Positions 24,701 to 32,000 of a stretch of DNA of 32,000 nucleotides are shown piece after piece. The notes under the pieces were generated by a model. The model made no database searches. It was given only the letters and a program-made list of their open reading frames with translations, and was not told the origin of the DNA. Position 1 is the first letter of the stretch, and every line of letters starts with the position of its first letter. The stretch is taken from the NCBI RefSeq assembly GCF_000018105.1, contig NC_009932.1:120001-152000 (forward strand), read 5' to 3'. Made by a program: the position numbers and the translations under genes. This DNA is from Acaryochloris marina MBIC11017. GTDB taxonomy: Bacteria > Cyanobacteriota > Cyanobacteriia > Thermosynechococcales > Thermosynechococcaceae.

Positions 24701-25373
24701 ATATTTGCTTATCTTCAGATCCAGGTAGTTCAGTTTCCTGCTGATGGGACAAGAATTTAACCACCTCGGTTAGATAATCCCTCAGTGGTGGAGCGTTGAG
24801 CAGTTTCCCCCAAAAAACAAAGTCAAAATCCTCTTGAATCCCATTTGCCAATTTGAGAGAAAGATCGGTTTTGCCGACACCCCCATGCCCTAGCTTGACA
24901 GATAAATGTGTTTTTCCAGAACCTCGGATCCCTACTATAGCTACGAGGCGACAGTGATCATCTACTATCCATCGCTGAAGCATTGAGAGTTCGCGAGTAC
25001 GACCGAAAAAAATAGAGACATCGGGTGCATCACCCCAGTTGCAACGAAACTCTCCGCATCTGGCATGTTTAATCCTAGTTTGAGTTTCGGACAGGGGCTC
25101 CAACAGGTTCAATTGATCATAAGGTTGACCCAGCAATAATCTACAGAGTCCATCGACCAGCCAATACTTGTAACTACTGTATTTGCTATTCAAGAAGTTA
25201 TGTATGGTCTGATCTGAGGGTACTTTTTCGCTAATGGTTTGTTCCCAATCGTGCAGGAACTTCGATATTTGTAGGCGGCTATATTCAGACTTTCTATATT
25301 TTTCGTAAAAAGCTGTAATAATTTTTTGCTTTAGCTGAGGCGAAATTTCAGTTGAGAAATTAACTCTGCTCAT
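21780..25373 (-). CDS. STAND NTPase: N-terminal HTH-like domain, NB-ARC/NACHT-type P-loop, short pentapeptide linker, 14 WD40 repeats
   Basis: DAPDVSIFFGRTRELSMLQRWIV, Walker A region GIRGSGKT...GHGGVGKT and Walker B CLLILDNFE. Linker ADLSGCNLSQLTFRQADFQG. Fourteen FSPDG-type WD blades. The ATG at 25373 (MSRVNF...) is preferred over the track start at 25484, which lies inside an 11-bp tandem repeat. Confidence 0.85.
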   Translation of the reverse strand: MSRVNFSTEISPQLKQKIITAFYEKYRKSEYSRLQISKFLHDWEQTISEKVPSDQTIHNFLNSKYSSYKYWLVDGLCRLLLGQPYDQLNLLEPLSETQTRIKHARCGEFRCNWGDAPDVSIFFGRTRELSMLQRWIVDDHCRLVAIVGIRGSGKTHLSVKLGHGGVGKTDLSLKLANGIQEDFDFVFWGKLLNAPPLRDYLTEVVKFLSHQQETELPGSEDKQISRLLYYLQSRRCLLILDNFESILQGGEQAGNYRQGFEGYGQLVQKIRDVNHQSCLLLTSREKPRDIRPVTGGGNHIQCLELQGLSVEEAHQLLTQLGEFTATDKDWEHLLSFYDGNPLALELAANHINEVFNGSISAFLREGRPIFDDLKQLLDWHFERLSWKEQEVVYWLALHREPVSISTLRTDLLRVGDKWDLPSTLQNLKRRLPLEKSSVGFTLQPVLIEYLTDRIIRQVIQELETNALDIFNRFALCKPVAKDYLRKTQARLILEPIAQLFAADQRPLLQFFQYFREHPQFSQGYAASNCLHLLRWLQADLSGCNLSQLTFRQADFQGMTLHQIDLTGSDFRNCTFTQSFGAFFSVAFSSDGQSMVTGGNDGQITIWDMHSYQPLKILQGTGDWVWCVTFTPDAQYLVSGSDDSKVRVWSVESGECLRVLSGHRDRVWSLDISPDGQTLATVSDDNTLKLWSLDSGACLRTINDVHGASPKSICFSPHEETLATGSEDGTVKLWDIRSGQCLWTGTGHSNMVNSVTFSPDGNLLASAAWDNAVMVWSIRTRSCLAKLQGHQSIIWDAAFSPDGKWLASSDHQGVIRIWKIASYQCFRTIQAHASVIWGIAFSPDSQLLVSSGGESMVKLWRVDTGVCQQTLQGYINRTWSVSFHPNGQTLANGHEDGTLQVWDIHTGHNRQVFRGHQNWLWGVAFSHQGQILASACQDGVVKVWSYPDGHCLHSIEHGNRVFPLAFSPDGKWLATGCDDSFVRLLSVASGECLKQLIGHTNRIWGLAFSPSGHIMASGSDDLTVRLWYLESEESLVIDVGTRVRSVAFSPDGQILASGSDYESIQLWSVEMRKCIRELPGHKQFIWSVAFSPDGECLASASQDQTARLWSLETGECLQIFQGHTARVISVEFSPDGQTIATASDDGSVKLWDLHSAQCIRTFRPSRPYEKTNISRTTGLTDAQKSSLITLGAVDDLFG

Positions 25374-25455
25374 TTGGAATAGGCCGAGGGATAAGTTTTT
25401 AGTACCACTATTGAATACATAATTTAGTTTACATTGGGTTGTTATTGGTTTGAAA

Positions 25456-25497
25456 TTGGCATCCACTTGGCATCCACTTGGCATCCACTTGGCATCA
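25456..25497. repeat. 11-bp tandem repeat, TTGGCATCCAC x3.8
   Basis: Units at 25456-25466, 25467-25477 and 25478-25488 are identical. A fourth unit (25489-25497) is partial. The array lies 83-124 nt upstream of the preferred start of the WD40 gene. Confidence 0.9.
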
Positions 25498-26521
25498 ATT
25501 CCATTTCAGAATACAAAAAGCTATTGATAAAATTTAAATCACGATTTTCTCACTTACAATTGAGATATGATTATGACTACAAGAGTAAGTAACTTATTAA
25601 ATTACTCAAAGCTAAGAACTTATTAGTAGCTTCTTCTAAGGATGAATCCATTAATCTCAATATTGCTTGATTCCATTCCTGCTTCAAGAGGTATCTATGT
25701 TGTCGAAGTACATAATCTCTACCAAGCAATTACTACTTAAAGCAAATAAGTAGTTACGCTTTTCTCTATATATTGGATAAGACAATTTCACAGTAGATAC
25801 ATGAATAGTCATACTTAAAGGATAAAATTCCTTATTCCCGTTAATATTTAATAATTAAAGCACCATCTTCTGCATTGATAACAACCCTTTTGATACTACC
25901 TCTTACAATCATTTCTTAAGATTTAACACTCTAAATTATTGGAATAAATCATGCCAAATTCAACTATTTTCCAAGAGATCAGAATCGGTCTTTCATTCGA
26001 GAATCTAAGTCCAAGTAGTTTCAATTCAGATTTTCTTAAAATTAGTGACATCACCGCTAGCCAAGTTATATGTGGAGCGCGAAGTATAGACATTAAAGCT
26101 ATATATAGAAACCACTTTAGCGAATTTATTTTAATATCGTCGAATTTGCCTTTTTTAGTCTCAATAATTCAATAATGTAGATTTGCTAATAATAAAAATT
26201 CCTTGAAATACTATCTAGGTTTAGTCTTAAGTGAGCTAAAAAAACAGAGTCTCTAGTAGGTATAGCTTTGAGGTATACTGCGTGATCTGTTCTAACGTTG
26301 ATATGATTCGCAAATTTTCTCATTCAATATTTATAGCTTTGAAAACTATAGAAGAAAAAAACCTTAGCATTGGAATACCTTTTATGACAGTGCATTCAAT
26401 GAATAGGAATACATACAGCTATTTGAAACTATCAAGAAACAAAGTTGAAATTTAAATATCATCTCTTACCAATAAAATAGTGGTTCGACGAATTTATAGC
26501 ATTACTAGACAGTGGAAGAAA

Positions 26522-27112
26522 ATGCTAAACATAAAAAATAAAGGTATTTCCCTTAATGGAGCATGTAAGCTTTCCTGGATAATATTCTTTTTCTTACTTA
26601 CATCTTGCTCATATAGCGACAAAAATAATATTCAAATCACAGATGAAGTCTTAGATGTACATATAAATTATGCAAAGTCATATATCACTGTCCAAAGATA
26701 TAGGTATCCAGGAATACCCTGGCCTGAAAAAACGGATAATACAGATATATATATAACAATGTTAAATGGATTTATACAGAAATATGTATCTGCATTTAAT
26801 GCTTCTAATTCTACCTTAAACTTCTCGGTTGACCAAAACTTTACTCTAGTAATTGGACAAGTAATCTATGCAGGAAATTGGTCTAATAAAAATGGGAAAA
26901 TAAGTTTTAATGGAAAATTGGATAAATTAGGTAATAATAGTATACCTAAAACCAGTGGTTGCAATGATTCACAAACAATAGAAGGTGAAAAAATTAAAGA
27001 AGACTTAGTAATTATATCTTTTAAAGAAAATCATGAATGTGATAGTACTAGTAAAGAAGGAAGTAGCCTATATAAATCTTCTGTATCATACAAAATCAGA
27101 CTTAAAAGTTAA
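26522..27112 (+). CDS. Putative lipoprotein (AT-rich island)
   Basis: MLNIKNKGISLNGACKLSWIIFFFLLTSCSY has a hydrophobic signal followed by a lipobox-like LLTSC. Asn/Lys/Ile-rich. The ATG at 26522 is preferred over the GTG at 26480. Confidence 0.5.
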   Translation: MLNIKNKGISLNGACKLSWIIFFFLLTSCSYSDKNNIQITDEVLDVHINYAKSYITVQRYRYPGIPWPEKTDNTDIYITMLNGFIQKYVSAFNASNSTLNFSVDQNFTLVIGQVIYAGNWSNKNGKISFNGKLDKLGNNSIPKTSGCNDSQTIEGEKIKEDLVIISFKENHECDSTSKEGSSLYKSSVSYKIRLKS

Positions 27113-27216
27113 TTCACTTAAACTATTGATTCCTTTATTTTATCTCAAGAAATAAAGGCGAAAATTGATCAAGTCTTGATCCAAGTTTTTTTAACTTATT
27201 TATTCAACAGAAAGCG

Positions 27217-28152
27217 ATGATGAATTTATCTAGAAGTACAGCATCTTTATTTGGATCTTTTATTGTAATTTTAATTGATGCTAGTATTACTTTGGGAAAT
27301 GTTCCTAGCAATAGGCAAACAGTACATTTTATAAAGTCTTCACCAATTGCCGATTCCAGGTTTTTATTGGATGGGTGTAAAATCTCTGTACTACGAGATA
27401 CAAGAGATGACTGCAAAAAAACCAATTCAACCGAATCACAGACAACTAACCCCAGCACTGATAGTAAAAAAGGTCAAAAACCAAGCAATGAAATAAAAAA
27501 ATCATTGATAATCTCTGATCACTCATTTTTTTCATGGAACTTACCTTTTTTTACATGGCCCATCGCTTCAAAATTAGCAACACATCCTCACATAGACTTA
27601 ATAAAAACTAGCTCTTTAGAATCAACAGAGCCAATTAGAGACTGGTCAATGTACGATGAAATAGTTGTAATGGTACATGAAATTATTGGTCAACCCAATA
27701 AGATATCTTCTGGTGATACCCCACAGAGCCTCGCTGCCAAATTGAGAAAAAGAAGAATTAATAAGTATGCTTCAATAGAACTTGTCATTTGCAATGGAGG
27801 GACAGCCCAATTAGGTTCAGATAAACAATCTTTTGCCAGTTTACTTGCTGCTTATCTTGACAGGCCGATTATTGCTTATACCCACCCGGTGAGAGTTGAA
27901 GCTTCTTATTGTTTCAAAGGATGTAATACATCCAGAATAGTGAGAAGCAATCGGCTAGAGCATAATAAAGAAGGTACTAAATATGAATATTTAATTAGTG
28001 ATAAACCAATAGATCGTCGTTTATATTATCCTAATAAATCTAGTAGTTCTATATCAGGTATACCCAATATTATACTTATAAATAATCTGAAGAAAGCTAA
28101 TCAACCATCAGCACAGCCGCTTAAAATTCAACTTCCTCCTAGGAATGATTAG
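27217..28152 (+). CDS. Hypothetical protein (AT-rich island) with a His...Cys strand layout resembling DUF4347 / clan-CD folds
   Basis: 311-aa ORF with an N-terminal hydrophobic segment. The central IVVMVHEIIGQ...SLAAKL...IELVICNGGT...QSFASLLAAYLDRPIIAYTHPV parallels LHLVSHGAPGQ...YAAEL...VFFYGCQVAAG...QQFVQRLSQLLGTGIAANKSV of the DUF4347 domain at 29.9-30.3 kb. Confidence 0.45.
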   Translation: MMNLSRSTASLFGSFIVILIDASITLGNVPSNRQTVHFIKSSPIADSRFLLDGCKISVLRDTRDDCKKTNSTESQTTNPSTDSKKGQKPSNEIKKSLIISDHSFFSWNLPFFTWPIASKLATHPHIDLIKTSSLESTEPIRDWSMYDEIVVMVHEIIGQPNKISSGDTPQSLAAKLRKRRINKYASIELVICNGGTAQLGSDKQSFASLLAAYLDRPIIAYTHPVRVEASYCFKGCNTSRIVRSNRLEHNKEGTKYEYLISDKPIDRRLYYPNKSSSSISGIPNIILINNLKKANQPSAQPLKIQLPPRND

Positions 28153-28468
28153 TACTAGACCTCTTGCTTAATTGAACTGTTGATGTGTAGAGGACTAAAA
28201 ATTCAAATCAAATTTCGGCATAAATTGAGTTGGATACCTAACAAAAATGAATATTGAAAAAAGGTCAAGTTCATTAAAAGTGTTAGTAAAAATCCAGAAA
28301 TATTTTAGGTTATTAATAACAAAAGAATAGTAAAAGGAGAGCAATAATCACTATTTTAAGGAATTAGGCTAACCATTTCTGACAGATCCCAAAGAGTATT
28401 TGAATTCACGCTGAGGGAAATACCCCATTCTTACCGAATCGATCTTGTTTCACAATTTAGAATCTATT

Positions 28469-28500
28469 CTAGGAGGTCTTTTGACACAAAGACCTCCTAG
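28469..28500. terminator. Perfect 13-bp-stem hairpin between convergent genes
   Basis: CTAGGAGGTCTTT (28469-28481), loop TGACAC, AAAGACCTCCTAG (28488-28500). There is no clean U-tract on either strand. Confidence 0.35.
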
Positions 28501-28770
28501 AGGGGTCAAAGCATTGGAAATTCGTGAAATGGAGGTCAAGGGGAGTAGAGAGATCGAGCTTATTGAGAATTTATTGAGTTATTGAGAATGAGGCGAAAGT
28601 GATTTTAGTGTACGTCAATGGTTCTTTCTATAAACTGGGTCTTGGCAGCTCAGACGACAGTATGTTTTTCTTATCTGGATTCAAGAATCACTGTTCTGAA
28701 GCTCTGAGAGATTAATATGAGAAACCAGTAGCTCGATTCATTTTGAGTCATGGTTTTTGGCAAAATTGTT

Positions 28771-29148
28771 CTATTCATCTTCCGTCAATTGAGTTAAATG
28801 AATGTGCTTTCTGCCGACCTTGATTTCAAATTCATCGCCAGTTTGTAAACCCATCTTTTCGGTATAGGCAGACCCGATAACCATCTGCCCATTCTGATGA
28901 ACTTTGATCCGATAGCTTGCTTCTCGACCTCTACCGTCGCTATTGGCATCACCATCTAGTGAAATGCCCTTGGCTTCCAAAATGGCATTCATAAAACCAC
29001 TCAGGTTAACTTTCTTGCCAACTACATAGCCACACTCTTTCGCTTTTTCCCGTTTCGAGAGGTGAGATAAGTCCTTGAGCTTATTGAGTAGTTCTTTCCC
29101 GACTAAGGGTTGTTTACCTTGTTTCTTCGCAGCTGCCTTTTTTGCCAT
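28771..29148 (-). CDS. cyAbrB-family transcriptional regulator (cyanobacterial AbrB-like, full length)
   Basis: Lys/Ala-rich N-terminus, REKAKECGY segment and C-terminal AbrB/SpoVT fold ASYRIKVHQNGQMVIGSAYTEKMGLQTGDEFEIKVGRKHIHL. Confidence 0.85.
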   Translation of the reverse strand: MAKKAAAKKQGKQPLVGKELLNKLKDLSHLSKREKAKECGYVVGKKVNLSGFMNAILEAKGISLDGDANSDGRGREASYRIKVHQNGQMVIGSAYTEKMGLQTGDEFEIKVGRKHIHLTQLTEDE

Positions 29149-29858
29149 TAATGCTGTACATCCCTGACTGAACTGAATTGCAAAGGACTTAGCCTACTAC
29201 AACTTCCAACTTTCCTGAGTTCTGACCTTATTGTCACCTAACACCTTATTGACGGCATAAAAACAACGGAAGCTGTGAAATAGAGCTATTTAGTGCATCT
29301 GTATTATAGTCTTACTTCTATGCCGCTTTAATGTAGAAACTGTTGCCCTCTTACCTCCCCCAGCAACCCTGAAAACACCCCATCACCTCTTCTTGAAGAT
29401 CCTTCCAGTTATCGTCGTACCACATCACCGTTTCTGGTTTCACTTGGCATGAGAGCTGCCCCACAAACCCCGTGGCGAGTTGTTGAGGGGGAGAGTAACG
29501 GTAAATATAGTTAACTTTTACATCAATATTTTAAGTTGGCCCAGTCTGTGCAATGGTTAAGCATATATACGGGTAGGGTCTCTATAGCTATCGCATCAAG
29601 TGTATTCCCCAGACTGAATCTTTAACGCAAAATCACCCATACTAACGGCGTCTTGCCAGAAATGCGGTCGGTTCCAAGCGTGTTCCCCCTCCGTTTTCTC
29701 CGGAACCTTCTGCTGAATTGAGTCTCAGTTCCGGCTCGGATATCGGGCCGCTTATCCGCAATTGTTCTTGTCGCAGGTCCATGAAGATGGCTGGCGGATT
29801 GGCCTGGGTTGACCTGTAGTGGTTTCGCTCTACTTGCTTATCTCTTCATCAATGACCT

Positions 29859-32000
29859 ATGAAATTTCAGTTTCCACCGCTTCTGTCAGTTGAGAATAGT
29901 CAACGTCTCGTCATCATTGATCCCACGATCGATGCACCGCAGCATTTGATCAATGGCGTTTTACCGGGGACAAGTGTCGTCGTGCTGGACCCCCAGCAAA
30001 AGAGTGTCCCCCAAATTACCAAGGCGTTGCAGGCTCATGCGCCGATTGTAGAACTGCATTTGGTGAGTCATGGGGCACCGGGACAGGTGCAGTGGGGCAA
30101 TGGGCCGCTGACACTAGCAAACTTGGGGGAATATGCGGCTGAGCTACAGCAGTGGCGGTCTCTGCTAGGGGAAGCAGCAGCGGTCTTTTTTTATGGGTGT
30201 CAGGTGGCTGCTGGGGAGCTGGGCCAACAATTTGTGCAACGGCTGAGTCAACTGCTGGGGACGGGGATTGCGGCCAATAAGAGTGTTACAGGCAGTGCTG
30301 CGATGGGGGGAAATTGGGATTTGTCCTATGAGCAGTCCCCTGCATGGTCATCCCATCGTTTATCCACTCTGTTGCCATTTACAGCTACAACGCTCTACAC
30401 CTACCCTGCCCATCTCGCTGTGGACTTTAGCATTCAATCCACCTTTGCGGCGGGTACTAACCCTGCCTCCGTCAGCCTGGGAGACTTTAATGGCGATAGC
30501 CAACCCGACTTGGTAACGGCGAACATCTTGATCAACAACGTCTCGGTTCTCTTAGGGGATGGCTCAGGCGGATTCTCTAGCCAAACCACCTTTGCAGCAG
30601 GTACTTTCCCTAACTCCGTCAGTGTGGGCGACTTTAATGGCGATAGCCTAGCTGACCTGGCGGTGGCAAACCAAATTAGCAACAACGTCTCCGTACTCTT
30701 GGGGGATGGCTCAGGCGGATTCTCTAGCCAAACCACCTTTGCGGCAGGAAGTCGCCCTTTCTCCGTCAGCATAGGCGACTTTAATGGCGATAGCCTAGCC
30801 GACCTGGCGGTGGCAACCCCCGCTAGCAACAACGTCTCGGTTCTCTTAGGGGATGGCTCAGGCGGATTCTCTAGCCAAACCACCTTTGCGGTGGGTATTA
30901 CCCCTTTCTCCGTCAGCGTAGGCGACTTTAATGGCGATAGCCAACCTGACTTAGTAACGGCAAACTTCGATAGCAACAACGTCTCGGTTCTCTTAGGGGA
31001 TGGCTCCAGCGGATTCTCTAGCCAAACCACCTTTGCAGCGGGTACTAACCCTTCATCTGTCAGTGTGGGTGACTTTAATGGCGATAGCCAAGCCGACTTG
31101 GTGACGGCAAACAACGGTAGCAACAACGTCTCGGTTCTCTTAGGGGATGGCTCAGGCGGATTCTCTAGCCAAACCACATTTGCGGTGGGCACTGACCCTT
31201 TCTCCGTCAGCGTAGGCGACTTTAATGGCGATAGCCAAGCTGACCTAGTAACGATGAACTTCGCTAGCAATAACGTCTCCGTGCTCTTAGGGAATGGTTC
31301 GGGTGGATTCTCTAGCCAAACCACCTTTGCAGCGGGTACTAACCCTGCCTCCATCAGCGTGGGCGACTTTAATGGTGACAGCCAGGCCGACCTGGCGGTG
31401 GCGAACAGCAGTAGCAACAATGTCTCTGTTCTTCTTAATACCACACCCATCGACCATGCAATTAGCGTGGATACCCCACAGATTATCGAGGGGGATAGCG
31501 GTAGTCAAACCCTCACCTTTACTGTTACTCGCTCTAGATTTATCGGCAGTGTCAGCAGTGTTGACTTTACCATTGCCGGAACCGCCATCAACGGGAGCGA
31601 CTTTACTAACATCGGCGGGACGAGTGGGGCAACCACAACTTCAGGCACTATTAACTTCGCCGCTGGAGAAACCAGTAAAACCATCACCCTTGATGTCTTG
31701 GGTGATACCAACTTTGAGCCTCAAGAAACGATTGCCATTACCCTGAGCAATGCCACAGCGGCTGTCAACACCACGATTAGCACTGCCACCGCCACCAGTA
31801 CTATTCTCAACGATGAACTCTTTGCAGACTTTAGTGTTCAATCCACTTTTGCAGCAGGAATTCGCCCTAGCTCCGTCAGCGTGGGTGACTTTAATGGCGA
31901 TAGCCTAGCTGACCTGGCGGTGGCGAACGACGGTAGCAACAACGTCTCCGTTTTCTTAGGGGATGGCTCGGGTGGATTCTCTAGCCAAACCACATTTGCA
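29859..32000 (+). CDS. Giant surface/adhesin-type protein: DUF4347 domain, 7 FG-GAP/VCBS repeats, Calx-beta, then further FG-GAP repeats; the 3' end runs off the window
   Basis: Absent from the ORF track because there is no stop in the window. ATG 29859 is preceded by an in-frame TGA at 29853. The protein reads MKFQFPPLLSVENSQRLVIIDPTIDAPQHL...ELHLVSHGAPGQVQWGNG...FFYGCQVAAGELG...GGNWDL (DUF4347). Repeats follow of the form VGDFNGDSxxDLVxAN..SNNVSVLLGDGSGGFSSQTTFAAG. A Calx-beta-like segment IIEGDSGSQTLTFTVTRS...INFAAGETSKTITLDVLGD lies at ~31450-31830. Confidence 0.85.
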   Translation, partial: MKFQFPPLLSVENSQRLVIIDPTIDAPQHLINGVLPGTSVVVLDPQQKSVPQITKALQAHAPIVELHLVSHGAPGQVQWGNGPLTLANLGEYAAELQQWRSLLGEAAAVFFYGCQVAAGELGQQFVQRLSQLLGTGIAANKSVTGSAAMGGNWDLSYEQSPAWSSHRLSTLLPFTATTLYTYPAHLAVDFSIQSTFAAGTNPASVSLGDFNGDSQPDLVTANILINNVSVLLGDGSGGFSSQTTFAAGTFPNSVSVGDFNGDSLADLAVANQISNNVSVLLGDGSGGFSSQTTFAAGSRPFSVSIGDFNGDSLADLAVATPASNNVSVLLGDGSGGFSSQTTFAVGITPFSVSVGDFNGDSQPDLVTANFDSNNVSVLLGDGSSGFSSQTTFAAGTNPSSVSVGDFNGDSQADLVTANNGSNNVSVLLGDGSGGFSSQTTFAVGTDPFSVSVGDFNGDSQADLVTMNFASNNVSVLLGNGSGGFSSQTTFAAGTNPASISVGDFNGDSQADLAVANSSSNNVSVLLNTTPIDHAISVDTPQIIEGDSGSQTLTFTVTRSRFIGSVSSVDFTIAGTAINGSDFTNIGGTSGATTTSGTINFAAGETSKTITLDVLGDTNFEPQETIAITLSNATAAVNTTISTATATSTILNDELFADFSVQSTFAAGIRPSSVSVGDFNGDSLADLAVANDGSNNVSVFLGDGSGGFSSQTTFA
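30440..31440 (+). repeat. Seven coding tandem repeats with an exact 147-nt period (FG-GAP blades)
   Basis: The GACTTTAATGG marker recurs at 30483, 30630, 30777, 30924, 31071, 31218 and 31365, all exactly 147 nt apart. It recurs again at 31877, after the Calx-beta segment. Confidence 0.9.

Noticed and set aside
25951-26175. 74-aa ORF in the AT-rich island.
   Set aside because: There is no ribosome-binding site and no recognisable family. The surrounding 1 kb contains only broken frames, and a chance ORF is likely in AT-rich sequence. It cannot be supported or excluded.
29350-29560. Minus-strand stretch that at first read like a protein C-terminus (...QQLATGFVGQLSCQVKPETVMWYDDNWKDLQEEV...).
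   Set aside because: Careful re-translation shows an in-frame stop just upstream. No usable start gives more than ~37 codons, and no family was recognised. It is treated as non-coding 5' region of the cyAbrB and giant-protein genes.
30434-31450. 338-aa minus-strand ORF with a striking internal repeat (WLSPLKSPTLTE...), plus the ORFs 30268-30516, 31287-31508, 31294-31746, 31505-31711 and 31641-31841.
   Set aside because: These are shadow frames of the plus-strand DUF4347/FG-GAP/Calx-beta gene (frame of 29859, open to the end of the window). The periodicity is inherited from the 147-nt coding repeats. The plus-strand product has clear family motifs and the shadows have none.
1-32000. Search by eye for tRNA, rRNA, tmRNA or CRISPR features, especially next to the integrase relic and the AT-rich islands.
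   Set aside because: No T-loop-like GGTTCGAATCC-type motifs, rRNA-like stretches or repeat-spacer arrays were noticed. This is a visual scan only. tRNAscan-SE, Infernal or a CRISPR finder should be run to confirm.

Overview
A mosaic, accessory-type chromosomal segment, almost certainly cyanobacterial: HIP1 GCGATCGC sites near 1345 and 7914, plus DUF29, cyAbrB, pentapeptide-repeat, WD40 and DUF4347 families. No rRNA, tRNA or CRISPR array was seen.

Layout, left to right:
1. 1-2241: tail of a sugar/envelope operon (epimerase, glycosyltransferase), then a decayed histidine-kinase remnant.
2. 2.4-6.5 kb: small orphan genes, including a frameshifted cyAbrB paralog, a 4-Cys zinc-ribbon gene and an HTH/DUF29 pair.
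3. 6.5-11.9 kb: a one-directional, translationally coupled, phage/plasmid-like cassette. It has a near-consensus promoter facing a divergent Cro/CI-type repressor and carries DUF6876-like, DndC/PAPS-reductase-like and DUF4326 genes. It also carries an HNH nuclease with an in-frame TAG and a gene split at an A7 run. It has no structural genes and no integrase.
4. 11.9-12.8 kb: yidD, a possible 34-codon ORF and a second zinc-ribbon paralog.
5. 13.3-14.0 kb: a very AT-rich insert encoding a membrane protein.
6. 14.1-16.3 kb: a VOC/glyoxalase gene and umuDC.
7. 16.4-25.5 kb: the most interesting locus. A Trypco2-like gene and a pentapeptide-capped ion-channel gene lie divergent from a caspase / nSTAND1-type NTPase / TM / pentapeptide giant. 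Next come a decayed tyrosine-recombinase gene and a convergent NB-ARC/WD40 STAND gene with a duplicated Walker A.
8. 25.5-28.4 kb: a second AT-rich island, with a lipoprotein and a protein that has a His/Cys layout.
9. 28.8-32.0 kb: an intact cyAbrB gene and the 5' part of a giant DUF4347 / FG-GAP / Calx-beta surface protein.

All family assignments come from motif recognition by eye. No database search was run.
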